A stretch of 63,585 nt of DNA from assembly GCF_001194135.2 (NCBI RefSeq), contig NC_068983.1:124560668-124624252 (forward strand). The letters run 5' to 3'. Under the pieces are notes generated by a model. It was not told the DNA's origin, did not search any database, and worked only from the letters and a program-made list of their open reading frames with translations. Shown here piece after piece: positions 1 to 12,510 of this stretch (the first letter of the stretch is position 1; the number at the start of each line of letters is the position of its first letter). Made by a program: the position numbers and the translations under genes. This DNA comes from Octopus bimaculoides. Its lineage: Eukaryota.

Positions 1-48
1 TGTGTGTATGTGTGTGTGTGTTCTTACGTACCTATATCTATCTATCTC

Positions 49-144
<96 letters not shown>
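1..144. repeat. Compound microsatellite (TG)n-(TCTA)n-(TCTG)n
   Basis: Directly visible tandem units; explains ORFs 2..226 and 12..197. Confidence 0.95.
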
Positions 145-147
<3 letters not shown>

Positions 148-1603
148 TTATAATGTCAACATCCACCACTATCACAAATTACTTAGAAACGAAATAACTA
201 AAAGCTGTATGATAGCAAATAGCTAATTAATTTCTTTGAAGATACACTAAGTGTCTCAAAATGATGTGATATGCTTTAAACGCAATTAAGTAGGACTGGA
301 ACATACACATTTATTGAAGAGAGTGTATAATAAATAACGAGAGTAAAATAATATTTGCTCCATCATTATGATCCACATTATATATCATACTGAAGTACAT
401 TACTGACAAACCGGGTCCATAACCGCTTCAATTCTCCCTTAGAGCTAATAGCCACCCTGAATGTAACAATATAATTTCAACTTCTTCCTTTCTTACTTGT
501 AGCTAATACTCCAATGTTCCAACTTACTCTTTACTCATTTACATATCACCTCCCCCAGACCGAATGAGATACAAAAAAACTATAGACGATGCAGATACTC
601 CCATCCCTAAGACTGAACATTACACATTGTTCACACTATTTTGTTTATGTTAAATGCCTATATATCACCTCATTAATGATTTCTAAATATTAAGTCGTCA
701 GTTATTTTGGCTATTGTTTAAGAATGTTTTTTGCAATTCCATCATTATTTTATTTTTCTATTTGTATCGTAGATCATTTATCGATGTCATTTTAACCAAT
801 TGCTTTAGTAATTTATTATTTGATTGTTTCAAATTACATATTTCTACTCTTACTAGAATTCTTTATATCGTCTAAAGTTTTTTTTTCCTTTTCCGAGTAT
901 TTTATTGATAACGAGATGTTGGAACGGAGAAAAAAAAGTGTTTTAATACTTCATGTCCGACTATTTCAGCACTACAACGAACATTGATAAGGAAATCGAT
1001 AGAAGATAACTTTTTTCTCTTATTAACAAGTGCATTCGTCCAGAAACAAGTCTAATCAAATCAAAAGAGACGAGATTGACGAAATGTAGTTGTAAACATA
1101 ATGAGAGAATGAGTTTGAAATGCACTTGAAAAAGTAAACATAGCAATCGAAACAATAGCTGCTGACGTTTTTAAACCGTTTATATTGCAAAGTGTTTGTG
1201 CTTTGATGTGGAACACTTTCTTTACAATAACTTCATTTCAGCGAATTAATCAGACAAACAAATCGATTAAAATTTGTCATTAAAATATATTATTTATACT
1301 ATTCATCGATGGTTGCAGAGTAATTATTTAAAATATATAAAATCGAACTATTACAAATGATATTTCTTGAATGCTAAAGAAAGAAAATTGGCACTATTTT
1401 ACGTCAAATTTAAAGATTTCAAAGTAATTTTACCACTTGTTATTAATTTGAAAAGATTCAATCATTCATTTTAGACTCGGAAACTGTCTAAAGACATTAT
1501 GTTTGCTAAAAATTTTCTTGGAAATTCATTCAATGGAGAGTGCTATGAGTATTTGCTAAATTTAAACAATGAACAAGAGAAAAATCTATAACAGTGTGAG
1601 CAG

Positions 1604-1688
1604 TTACATACATACATACATACATGCATACATACATACATACATACATACATGCATACATACATACATACATACATACATACATGCA
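1604..1688. repeat. (ACAT)n microsatellite
   Basis: Visible tetranucleotide array with occasional GCAT variants. Confidence 0.95.
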
Positions 1689-2088
1689 TAAATATATGTG
1701 TATGCGTCCTTTAAAGGGACGCATACACATGTCTATGTATGTGTCCTTCTAAGATTATTTAGTCATTAGCTGATATTGACGCAAAACATGTCTAATTTCA
1801 TAGCGCCAAATAGTGAAATATTTTCTGTCATATTTAGAAACACCACAGCCAAATCGAATAGTTGTTGGCTAAAATATATCAGCTTGTCGGTGGTTTAACT
1901 TAGAAGAAATTGCCCACGACATTTTGAAGATTGTGTTCAATAAAACAGGACAAATTGAGGTAAAAAAGAAGTTAAGGCGTGATAGTGTTATGTGATATTT
2001 GAATGTCTTCATTGGTGGACTCAGCTTAAAGTGACATTTAAAACTGATGCCAAGTACTTTTACTCAATTTTGATCGGATATTTTCTAC

Positions 2089-2497
2089 AGGCGTAGGAGT
2101 GGCTGTGTGGTAAGTAGCTTGCTTACGAACCACATGGTTCCGGGTTCAGTCCCACTGCGTGGCACCTTGGGCAAGTGTCTTCTACCATAGCCTCGGGCCA
2201 ACCAAAGCCTTGTGAGTGGATTTGGTAGACGGAAACTGAAAGAAGTCCGTCGTATATATGTATATATGTATTTATGTAGGTGTGTGCATATATGTTTGTG
2301 TGTCTCTGTTTGTCCCCCCAACATCGCTTGACAACTGATGCTGGTGTGTTTACGTCTCCGTAACTTAGCGGTTCGGCAAAAGAGACTGATAGAAAAAGTA
2401 CTAGGTTTACAAAGAATATGTCCTGGGGTCGATTTGTTCGACTAAAGGCGGTGCTGCAACATGGCTACAGTCAAATGGCTGAAACAAGTAAAAAGAG
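2089..2497 (+). mobile_element. tRNA-derived SINE, family B (CORE-like centre, internal TA/TG microsatellite), full length
   Basis: A-box-like TGGCTGTGTGG and B-box GGTTCAGTCCC; GGCACCTTGGGCAAGTGTC resembles the CORE domain; internal (TA)/(TG) tract at ~2243-2300; tail ...CAGTCAAATGGCTGAAACAAGTAAAAAG. Partial copies at 21062, 32080, 52478 and 60703. Confidence 0.85.
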
Positions 2498-2621
2498 ATT
2501 GTATAAATTGCAGACGAATTCTTGAGGTGATCCTAGTATTATATATACATATTAGAAACAACTGTAAGGCTATAACGCATGAAGCCCATTATTTATCCCT
2601 TATGTGTATGAGTGTGTGTGT

Positions 2622-2881
2622 GTGAAAGCGCGTGACGCAGTGGCTAGGCTGTTGCAGTCACGATCGCTAGATCGTGAGTTCTATTCCCTGAGTGAGCGGC
2701 GCGTTATGTTCCTGAGCAAAACACTTCATTTCACATTGCTCCAGTCCCCCTTTCGATCAGGGGGCAATGTTAGCCTGCTCGCCTAGCCAGGTGGTGGCGT
2801 CATTTGATGGCTAAAACAATGTAAAACGCATTGCGACCAGCGATGTTTAACAATATCTGATAGCGTGGTTGGTAACGTGGT

Positions 2882-2889
<8 letters not shown>
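2622..2889 (+). mobile_element. tRNA-derived SINE (distinct family E)
   Basis: A-box-like TGACGCAGTGG, B-box-like GAGTTCTATTCCC, CORE-like CTGAGCAAAACACTTCATTTCACATTGCTCC; ends at a (TA)n tract. Confidence 0.6.
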
Positions 2890-2925
<36 letters not shown>

Positions 2926-2992
2926 CTTAAATAACATCATTATTGGTAGTGACTTCGAAGTTTCAGGTAGTTAACATATCGACGAACTGCCA

Positions 2993-3045
2993 CTGTAGTA
3001 GTCCGATGACGGCTTAGGAAACCGAAACTTCGAAGTCACTGACAA
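2993..3045 (+). ncRNA. Type I hammerhead ribozyme motif (Penelope pLTR type, U4C variant)
   Basis: gtagt-CCGATGA-C-GGcttaggaaaCC-GAAA-CTTCGAAG-TC|ACTG: core at 3003-3009, stem II, GAAA at 3024-3027, palindromic stem III ACTTCGAAGT, GUC cleavage triplet 3035-3037; stem I agt/act. Confidence 0.65.
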
Positions 3046-3339
3046 TAGTTTTCTTGTTTAAGAATAATACATTTGTGCTCTAGAAAAGTATAGAGTAACC
3101 CATCAGATTAATGTAAAATTGTTTTTATTATAACTGTACAAGAACACGCACACACAAATGCACAGACACACATACTAACATACACATACACACACAATGA
3201 TAAGTGGTTAAAGGTTTCCATAGAAATTGTCTTGTATAAACAAAAACTAAGTGAAAATGCACAATAATGTTAAAAATTTTTTCCAATCTTTCCAGAAAAA
3301 TGTTAAAGTAAAAACAAGTGTAATACTTCCTTTAGATAT

Positions 3340-3508
3340 ATTGGTTTCAAATTTTGATTAAAGGTCAGCAATTTGGTACAAGATCACTAATTTGGTACAA
3401 GGTCAGTGATCAGCTGGTACTTATTTTATCGATCCCGAAAGTAAATACGGGCTAAATGCCGCTAAGCATTTTGTCGGGCGTGCTAACGATTCTGCCAGCT
3501 CGCCATCT
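3340..3508 (-). mobile_element. SINE family C, degenerate internally deleted copy
   Basis: CTGGTACTTATTTTATCGATCCCGAAAG and AATGCCGCTAAGCATTTTGTCGGGCGTGCTAACGATTCTGCCAGCTCGCC match the family C copies at 10.9, 37 and 51.7 kb. Confidence 0.75.
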
Positions 3509-4050
3509 GATTTTCTTATGTTATATCTTTTAAACTAGCATTCTAATCGGTTTCGTCCATTCTGACTAAACAAAGGAAAATGTTTGTTGATGAAATGTAT
3601 GGAGTTGAAATTGTTGCAGTTAGATGAAGAGCTAAGTAATCTGGTTTCGAGTGAAAGATTATTCAGTAAAGATTTTAAGTAAAAGGATATGGTTAGTCTT
3701 TAAACTGTAAGTAAAGGAGTGTTAAGCCTGCAACTTAAGTGAAAAGTTAAGATTTTTAAACAATTGACCAATATAGATATATATATCGAGAGAGGTGAGA
3801 GCGTCGTTAGTAGAAGAAAATGATGCTGTCAGTTCAAAACTTAAGGGAATAGTAAGTTGAACTTTGGTTCCAGACAGGTCACGCTTATTTTGGCCTTTTC
3901 TGTAAATCAAATAGTCTTTACACATACACACACACGCACGCACACACACATATATACATAGACACATACACAGACAGATTAATGATATATTGTGTATAAG
4001 AAAACAATATGAGAATGTATGCGTGTACCCATTTATGGGCATTCGAATAG

Positions 4051-4130
4051 CTGTTCCTTGTATGTTACTGTTCCTTGTATGTTACTGTTCCTTGTATGTT
4101 ATTGTTCCTTGTATGATACTGTTCCTTATG
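4051..4130. repeat. 17-bp minisatellite (CTGTTCCTTGTATGTTA) x ~4.7
   Basis: Directly visible tandem copies. Confidence 0.9.
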
Positions 4131-5605
4131 TCATATGTCCAAGAAATTATTTGTCTTTCATTTAAGCAAGGTTTTTTAAAAAATTCATAATAGATAGTCT
4201 TTCTCGGTTTATTCGTTGTCGTTCTTGGTTGAGTCTGAACATTTAAAAAAATGGAAATATTTTAAAATACGGTGGTTCTCTTTCGACATATATTGCTATA
4301 TGTCGACTTAACAGAATTTCCAAAATTTTGTTTTCATTATTAATTTGTTGTTTATATACTGTCATGCTTCTATACAGCGATAATCTAGTCTGTCCAACGT
4401 AGTTTTACAAATATCATGTTATGACACAAATCAAATTTTGGGAGTTACAAGTGAAGTTTTTTTTTAATTTTAAAATCTTCATCTTTAAATTTCAATACCG
4501 AGCCTTCAGTTAAAGATAGACACGTACCACAGTTTGGTCTCCTGCACTTAGTAACCATAGGCTTGGAAACTAGTTTGAAAGCCTTTGTCAAAGTTAAACA
4601 TCGATTCTAAAATTCTTCCTTTTTGTATAATATTGGGTTTCCTATCAGGAGGTTAGAGCGGGCAAGATGAGGTTTGGGCCAGTAGACCAGGATGTTTTAA
4701 TCCAAGATCATATTGTACCCGTCATATCTAGTCACCTATTTAATTGGAGACCTTCTGAAGCTTAGATTCATTGTTGAAGTACATTTCATGGCGGTAGTTA
4801 TTTCATGTATATATATATATATATATATATATACGGTGAGTGCTTATAAGCTTAAGGTTATAATCGTTATTTACAGAATTTTCACTCGTCCTTGTTTCTT
4901 AATTTAATACAGAATATGCACATATTTGTTTGTTTACACACTCCTATGAAATTATAGTTCCTAAATTTAACGGAAAGAAACTAGTGGATAAGTTGTTGTA
5001 ATTGGTCAAAACACCTATCGCGATATTAAGAGGTGTGGGTTCGATTCCCACGCGTCGTAATACCCACTTTGTTCTGTCGAGGGTTTATGTGCCCCAATAT
5101 TTCACTATTTTCTATATCAAGGTCACTGAAAATAGAGCACTATTGCTGCTGTAGGGTGTTAAACATTTCTTTGACAACATTATGGGGTATGTTCTTTCAC
5201 GAATCAGTGGACCAATAGTTAAAACAACACCCACATGCTTTTAGTAAAAAGTGTACAATACTTAGTGTTCATTCGTTTCAATCTTCCTTAATACTAGTTA
5301 CACTTTCTCCGTAGATGTCATTTATGCTATTTATTTGATTGATTCAAGCATTGGCAGAGAATGTAATCCCTGTGCCTAGAAGTATTTAATCTTCTATTAA
5401 AGATTTTTTTCTTTCTTCAGAAACTGGTGTTAGTTTTGTTTATGAATCGTGATGGGGTGCGGTGTAGGTATAATTTGGTCATTTCATCTTTAAGTAGCTG
5501 GAAAGATGTTTTGTTGTTAGCAGAAGTGATTGAAAGACCAGTCAGCAAGTGATAGATCATGTATAATTGCAATCCACTTTACTATGCGCAGATCCATACT
5601 GTTAA

Positions 5606-5897
5606 CCCATTACCTACCAGTGATCTCATATGAGATCACTTAAAAATTACAAATTTCGTAATTATCTGTCAATATTTACACATATCTAACCTTTTTGCTA
5701 TATCTACTAGGTATATTTCTCTGATATTCAAATGAGGTTTGCTAATTCTTCACCGAATATCTCGCTTATTTCTATTTAAAATCTTATTTTGAAATATGTT
5801 ATTTTGATCATTCCAGCGTGTTCTAAGGCTGTTTTATGCTAGAAATCAAAGTTTCATAAAAAAAATTCCAGTTAATAGAATTATGGGAGGTAATGGG
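5606..5897. mobile_element. piggyBac-type MITE
   Basis: TTAA TSDs at 5602-5605 and 5898-5901; TIRs CCCATTACCTACCA / TGGGAGGTAATGGG (13/14); perfect 22-bp palindrome AGTGATCTCATATGAGATCACT at 5619-5640. Confidence 0.85.
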
Positions 5898-6899
5898 TTA
5901 AAGCGAGTGATGAGGGTGTTTATTGTTTGAATATGGAGGTTAAATATAATCATCTAATAGAGCAGATTATTTTTGACTGCGAAATCAGAGATAGTGCTTT
6001 CGTAGTTGCTAAATACAAAGTGAAAAACTGCTCGTCTTGGGCCGCAGTTGTTGAAGCTTAATTCTTTTATTTTCTAATAGCACATCGCTGCATCCACCGT
6101 TTATTGGCGATTCCCTACTTCTGACAGACGACATTTTTGTACCACTCACGAAACAACCATTCAACCCATGCGTCCATTTGCGTAGTCATTGCTGGTTAGA
6201 TGTTTACAGGTTGGGAGTGCAAAACCCAACTCACTCTTTTTTAGTCGCCTTTTACGGCAATCAGAGGAAATGATGGGTCTATTCTTTAGCATGCCGGTCT
6301 CTATACAGTATGATCTCAGACAAATAAAATTATTAATCGTTCATGAAATGAAAACTTTCCCTCTTGTCACTTTGTTTGAGGTTGTGATGCAGTTACGTGG
6401 CTTCACATTGATTGTAAAACAAAGCACACAGGGGAACTGGAAGTCACCCTTCAGGAATACTTTTCTAGAATTGCGTAATTTTGCCGAGACACTGCTGCTG
6501 GAAACCGATTAGAGCTCAGTTATAGTTAGGTTGTTGTGTACAGACACAAATAGGTACTTTGTATCCGCAGTAAAGACATAATGCAAGAAAATGACATTCT
6601 CTAACGTTCATCTCACCATCTAAGGATGTGGGGCGTTGTTAAGGTGGGTAACCGTTATGTTATAGAAAGGGACTGAGTATGACCTTTCAGTATAGTATAG
6701 GAAGACAACTGTATAGTATAGGAATATATACTATAGTATAGTATAGGAAAATAACACCGTTTGTGAGAGAGGTTAGGAAGTTAAAGAAGGAGGGTGAAAT
6801 ACTGTAACAGAATGAATTAAGTCAAAAACCTTTCGAGCCTTTCTTACTAACGGCGTTACCCTATTGTCTTACTACACTATACTATAATCATGTTGCCTA

Positions 6900-9480
6900 A
6901 GATACACTAGCACAATGTGACTTTTCAGTACTCTAACGCTCAGTGTATGGAATCTTCCATTGATGTGTGCAAACAGATGAGATGATGCATTTAGACATTT
7001 AACTAGATCTCCAAATCTAAAGTGGGTTGTTTGTACTGTTTCAAGAGCCTTGCAACGTGTACGTTGTCGTTTAGTGGACAGTACAAGAGGTATTTGTACT
7101 CGCTGACACGACAGTTGAGGTTGATAGTGGTGTTATAGATAGACTGTGTTTCTGGACTTCTTTTGCCACACTTTAGCATGTTAAAAAAGAGTCCTCAGTT
7201 GAAGAATTATTCATGATTGGCGTCTCTGTGGTTCTTAGCCAATGACAGAAATGATTACGATTGCTGGCTTTTCGTCCCACTGAATATCCTCTTGTTTTCT
7301 AGATTACGGGAGAAATGAGTTGGTTATTATTTTTACGACAAGAGGCAGAATTACACTAGTGATCGATTGTGCTACTATAATAGTAAACAGGTGCGGCTGG
7401 GTTGAATTTAAAGGGAAGAGCAGTGTACCTAGTAGTGTCGTTTCTGTAAGTGATGTGGTATGGATTACTGTGCGATTCTTGCATGTCTAGTCTTTGGGAG
7501 ATGGATGAATGTGCAACCCCGTTATAGGCGGAGTCTCTCATAAAGAGAATAACAGCAAATTTTGGGGATTTCATATTATTCTTGTGTGTATGTGTGTGGT
7601 GGTGAGGGATAAGAAAAGACTGCTTGTTCATTGTAATTTATGAGTTTATAGATGCAGGTGATTGCATGTGTTGGCGATGTCCTCAAGGTTTCTGCGCAAA
7701 TTGAATTGAGTGGAAGTTCGATTAAGAAGGTGAGGAAGCGAGAAAGTATATTTACTTCTTGCCAATGCTAGAATTAGTAGTATCAATATTAGTAGTAGAT
7801 TTGGTGGTGGTAGTAATGGAAGTAGTAGTAGCAGCAGTAGTAGATGATCATGTTGAAGATTATATAGATTCGATTGCTGAAGTGTTGGATGTTGTGACTG
7901 AGAAAATGGAGGAAGGATACAAACTATTTCCCCCCAAAAGATTCGAAGGTGTTGCAGTAGATCCCGGAGGAAACTCAAAACGATAATAAATAAGTGTAAG
8001 TAATCCAGATCCATGCTATCCACTACAACCTTCATTTCATACAATATCTTGTAGAGAGGTCAAATAATAAGTCTGACTCTGTTGGGCTTTTGATCAAGTT
8101 GGAACAGTCTAAAGTTTTCTGTCAGGTCGACCATCGCCACTTGATAGTTTTTCTTACAGTAGAAGTCTTCAGGTACTGGATCGCTTCAATACACAGCGGC
8201 ATCTGCTCATTGACCAAAATGAATGGTCACCTTTACGAATCATTTTACGTCTCGCGCTCGGTCTATACATACTAACTCCTGAGTTGCTAGTCCACGACTG
8301 CAAAAACTAGAGTTGTGGAAAGGCGCTCCGTTGGGACTGGGACGCAGAAGAGCCATGTTGGCATATGCGACTGTGTCATCATTATAGTGTATGACAACAC
8401 AAAAATCGAGATAGTTGGTATTATTCTAAAGGAATATAAAACTTTCACAGGAGTAAAAATTGACAAGGATTGTTAGTAGGGTTACAGCTCGCTTGGCACC
8501 TGGATGCCAAACTATCCTCGCCAGCAAATAGTGTCGCAGGGTGATGAACGGTTAGTCTTGTCAAATTGCTTGAGATTTAGTTCTGTCGTGACCTCCAGCA
8601 GGCAAGGAACCTGAACGAGGTCACGAGCTAGATGGCCAGTCTTATTAAACCAAGTAAAGGACTGAAAAGACGGTATTCTTGAAAGGTCGAGCAAAATTGG
8701 TGAACACATATGTAATTAGCTCTGTTTCATGTTTGATCAGGTTAGAATATCTGTCCGTTCGTTTCTTGAGGAAATGATGCGTTTTAGTGGGAAGATCCAT
8801 CTGCTGTCAACATACGGATGTATACTATGGTTGCTAACGTACAAACATGTGCTGAGCAAGTGTAGTTCTTTGTTGCATACGTTTTTCTACGCTGATTATC
8901 GTGATAAAGTTGCTGTGGTCGATCACGTGGAGACCAAGTCAGACATGCTGACACCTGGAATGTAGTCAGGCGCTCTCTTTCAGTTGGGCAATGCAGTCGC
9001 CGGAACTCCTGCGTCAGCCTTATATAAAGAACTAATGGTGGGAAAGAGCAAAGAAGTATCGAGGAAATTCTAGGTGTCGATGATAATCAATACGGAAAAC
9101 TTTCGATTCGGGAATTATCTTCTAGCAAACCGTTGGATATCTTCTAAAATTCGTTGGTCAGACAGGGGTGGGGACGTTGTTGCTTCACCACAAATTCTAC
9201 ATGACCGGAAGTGGTATCAGCCGAGAATGTTCGATATTTGGCTCAGAACGACGAAACTGTCGTGTTTTTCATGCGCTCATTTAGTTTAAGTGACTTGTGG
9301 AGTTTTGTCGAATAGCTTTTGTTTCCCAGTGGGACGGACCTGTCTAACAGCCAAATCATCATTCCACCGACTTCCTTTGGCCGAGGAGGGCAATCACTTC
9401 ACCTCAGATAGGTGACTATAGCCAAGGCCTTACCAAGTTTTAAGTTTCACTTAGTGAGAAAATGGATGGTGACGAGGGAG
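6900..9480 (-). mobile_element. Highly degenerate Penelope-like retroelement (RT + GIY-YIG remnants)
   Basis: Minus-strand fragments in PLE order: LSLSET..LGKGLGYS-like (~9415-9460), EDIQRFARR (~9118-9144), YKADAG (~9008-9024; cf. KADKG), FPLKRIISS (~8770-8795), AYANMALL (~8345-8370), TINLNCRVSEYKYLLYCP...ETVQTTHFRFGD..HLFAHINGRFH (~6930-7130). Many stops and frameshifts; (ACT)n expansion near 7780-7850. Confidence 0.55.
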
Positions 9481-9795
9481 GTGCTATCACCACAATGAGT
9501 TTTTCGAAAGGAGGGTGAGAGTAGCGAATATAGTACGCGTTAACGGGCTTATTCTGACCACGTGCCTAGAGGTCGGAAAAAGGAAAGTAGGAGTATTTGA
9601 TATTGGTGGTGAGGATAATCAAGGTTTTGTGGGGTTTCCTTGATTAACCCTGAAGTGCTATCTTTCCTAATGGGTGAAATATTTTGCTAGAGTTTTGTCG
9701 TTACTTGTTTGTATTATTACCGTTCCCTTCCACCACATGTCTATTTTTTCCTTTATACTATAACTACCATCTGTGAGACTTCGTTGCAAATTAAG

Positions 9796-9899
<104 letters not shown>

Positions 9900-9917
<18 letters not shown>

Positions 9918-10013
9918 TTATGTTTGACTTTTGTTTTGCATTTGTACAAGTTGGATCCAAGTCTCACCCAGAGACCTCAAGAGACAACAAGTTAGAAGTT
10001 CATGTAGGTGTTA
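9900..10013 (-). mobile_element. Probable LINE 3' end with (TAA)n tail, truncated by gap
   Basis: Minus strand reads ...TGAGGTCTCTGGGTGAGACTTGGATCCAACTTG...AAACATAAAA(TAA)n; same context as the R4/Dong-like 3' ends elsewhere in the window. No coding motif visible. Confidence 0.35.
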
Positions 10014-10794
10014 NNNNNNNNNNNNNNNNNNNNNNNNNNNNNNNNNNNNNNNNNNNNNNNNNNNNNNNNNNNNNNNNNNNNNNNNNNNNNNNNNNNNNNN
10101 NNNNNNNNNNNNNNNNNNNNNNNNNNNNNNNNNNNNNNNNNNNNNNNNNNNNNNNNNNNNNNNNNNNNNNNNNNNNNNNNNNNNNNNNNNNNNNNNNNNN
10201 NNNNNNNNNNNNNNNNNNNNNNNNNNNNNNNNNNNNNNNNNNNNNNNNNNNNNNNNNNNNNNNNNNNNNNNNNNNNNNNNNNNNNNNNNNNNNNNNNNNN
10301 NNNNNNNNNNNNNNNNNNNNNNNNNNNNNNNNNNNNNNNNNNNNNNNNNNNNNNNNNNNNNNNNNNNNNNNNNNNNNNNNNNNNNNNNNNNNNNNNNNNN
10401 NNNNNNNNNNNNNNNNNNNNNNNNNNNNNNNNNNNNNNNNNNNNNNNNNNNNNNNNNNNNNNNNNNNNNNNNNNNNNNNNNNNNNNNNNNNNNNNNNNNN
10501 NNNNNNNNNNNNNNNNNNNNNNNNNNNNNNNNNNNNNNNNNNNNNNNNNNNNNNNNNNNNNNNNNNNNNNNNNNNNNNNNNNNNNNNNNNNNNNNNNNNN
10601 NNNNNNNNNNNNNNNNNNNNNNNNNNNNNNNNNNNNNNNNNNNNNNNNNNNNNNNNNNNNNNNNNNNNNNNNNNNNNNNNNNNNNNNNNNNNNNNNNNNN
10701 NNNNNNNNNNNNNNNNNNNNNNNNNNNNNNNNNNNNNNNNNNNNNNNNNNNNNNNNNNNNNNNNNNNNNNNNNNNNNNNNNNNNNNNNNNNNNN

Positions 10795-10896
<102 letters not shown>

Positions 10897-10913
10897 TGGC
10901 ATAAGACCAGCAC

Positions 10914-11775
10914 GGGGAGCTGACAGAATCGTTAGCACGTCGGGCGAAATGCTTAGCGGTATCTTGTCTGCTGTTACGTTCTGAGTTCAAATTCTGCCGA
11001 GGTCGACTTTGCCTTTCCTTTTCGGGCTCAAGGAAATAAGTACCAGTTACGCACTGGTGTTGATATAATCGACTAGTCTCCTTCTCCCGAAATTTTCAAA
11101 GTTTTGTGCCTAGAGTGGAAATAATAATAATAATTATTTTTAAAGTGGTGTAGGGCCACCTTAATAATAAGCTGGTAGAATCATTAACACACCGGAAAAA
11201 ATGCTTAGCGGCTTTTAATCCGCCTTCACGTTCTGAGTTTAAATTCCGTTGAACACTGGGGTGAATTTAATCGATTTAGCCCCACCCGAACGTGCTGGTC
11301 TTATGCCAAAATTGGAAACCATTATTATTAAGACGGCGAAGCAAGGCGGCGAGCTGGTAGAATCGTTAGCACGCTGGACGAAATGCTTAGTGGTATTTCG
11401 CCTGTCGCTACGTTCTGAGTTCAAATTCTCCCGAGGTTTAATTTATCTTTTATCATTTAGGGGTCGATAAAATAAGTACCAGTTGAACACTGGGGTCGAT
11501 GCAGTCGACTCATCTCCTTCAACAATGTTGCTGCCCGTATGGCAAAATTTGAAATCATAATTAAGGTGACGAACTGGCAGAATCGTTAGCACGCTTGACA
11601 AAATACTTAGAGGCACTTCGTCCGTTTTTATGTTCCGAGTTCACACTCGGCTGAGGTCGAATTTGTCTTTCATTCTTTTGGATTCGATGAAATAAGTACT
11701 AGTTGAACATTGGGATCGATTTAATCGACTTAGCCCCTCAAGGGAGGCCTTGGGCCAAAAGTTTGAAACAAATAT
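10914..11775 (+). mobile_element. Head-to-tail array of four SINE family C copies
   Basis: Copies at ~10914-11137, 11165-11330, 11344-11563, 11564-11775; each has GAGCTGGCAGAATCGTTAGCAC (A box), GTTCTGAGTTCAAATTC (B box) and usually GGGGTCGATAAAATAAGTACCAG; short ATT/AAT linkers. Follows a (TTA)n tract at 10795-10896. Confidence 0.9.
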
Positions 11776-11935
11776 CCTTAATGAAAAAAATGCTTTATTT
11801 ACCTTTCTGAATGTAAATATGCATTACTAAATAATACGCAGCACCTAGACTGTCTAGCAGCTATCTCGTTGAATAAATTTTCCTTATCCATGTATAATCT
11901 ATAACGCATAAAAACCTATATATATAATCTGTGTC

Positions 11936-12303
11936 GTGGAGGCGCAATGCCCCAGTGGTTAGGGCAGCGGTCATAGGATCGCGGTTTCGATTCTCAGACC
12001 GGGCGTTGTGAGTGTTTATTGAGCGAGAACACCTAAAGCTCCACGAGGCTCCAGCAGGGGTTGGTGGCGAACCCTGCTGTACTCTTTCACCACAACTTTC
12101 TTTTACTGCCTGTTTCTGTTGTGCTTGTAATTCAAAGGGTCAGCCTAGTCACACTATGTCACGCTTAATCTCCCCGAGAACTACGTTAAGGGTACACATG
12201 TCTGTGGAGTGCTCAGCCACTTGAACGTTAATTTCACGAGCAGGCTGTTCCGTTGATCGGATTAACTGGAACCCTCGTCGTCGTAAGCGACGGAGTGCCA
12301 ACA
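11936..12303 (+). mobile_element. tRNA-derived SINE family A (octopus OR/OK-like), full length
   Basis: Head GTGGAGGCGCAATGCCCCAGTGG...GGTTTCGATTCTC; tail GTCGTAAGCGACGGAGTGCCAACA; TSD ATAATCTGTGT at 11924-11934 and 12304-12314. Confidence 0.92.
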
Positions 12304-12510
12304 ATAATCTGTGTATATGCATATTTATATTAAGATAGAAAGAATAAGTCATCATGTTACTAGTGTTCGTCTTCTAAACACTTGATGTTATTATTGTCGC
12401 TGTTAGTTAACTTAATTTCATCATTTACTGAGTAATTGTATTATTAACACCATTCAAATTGTGACCATCATCCTCATATTTAGTTTGTCTTTCATTTTGT
12501 AAGACTATAG

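Noticed and set aside
6330-6470. DFQFPCVLCFTINVK resembling the Helitron helicase QFP...TINK motif
   Set aside because: Single weak motif without flanking helicase motifs.
7759-7986. Val/Asp-rich ORF and overlapping 132-aa minus ORF
   Set aside because: Driven by an (AGT)n-like expansion inside the decayed PLE.
11803-11898. Minus-strand AG/GT-bounded open frame LYMDKENLFNEIAARQSRCCVLFSNAYLHSE (similar weak candidates at 28792-28824, 34833-34869, 41879-41939, 58314-58480)
   Set aside because: Short open frames with splice-like ends are expected by chance in AT-rich DNA; no homology; conflicting strands.
11936-12010. tRNA-like heads (also 36364, 31393, 48690, 2089, 10914)
   Set aside because: Have A/B boxes but no full cloverleaf, and continue into SINE bodies with TSDs; not tRNA genes.
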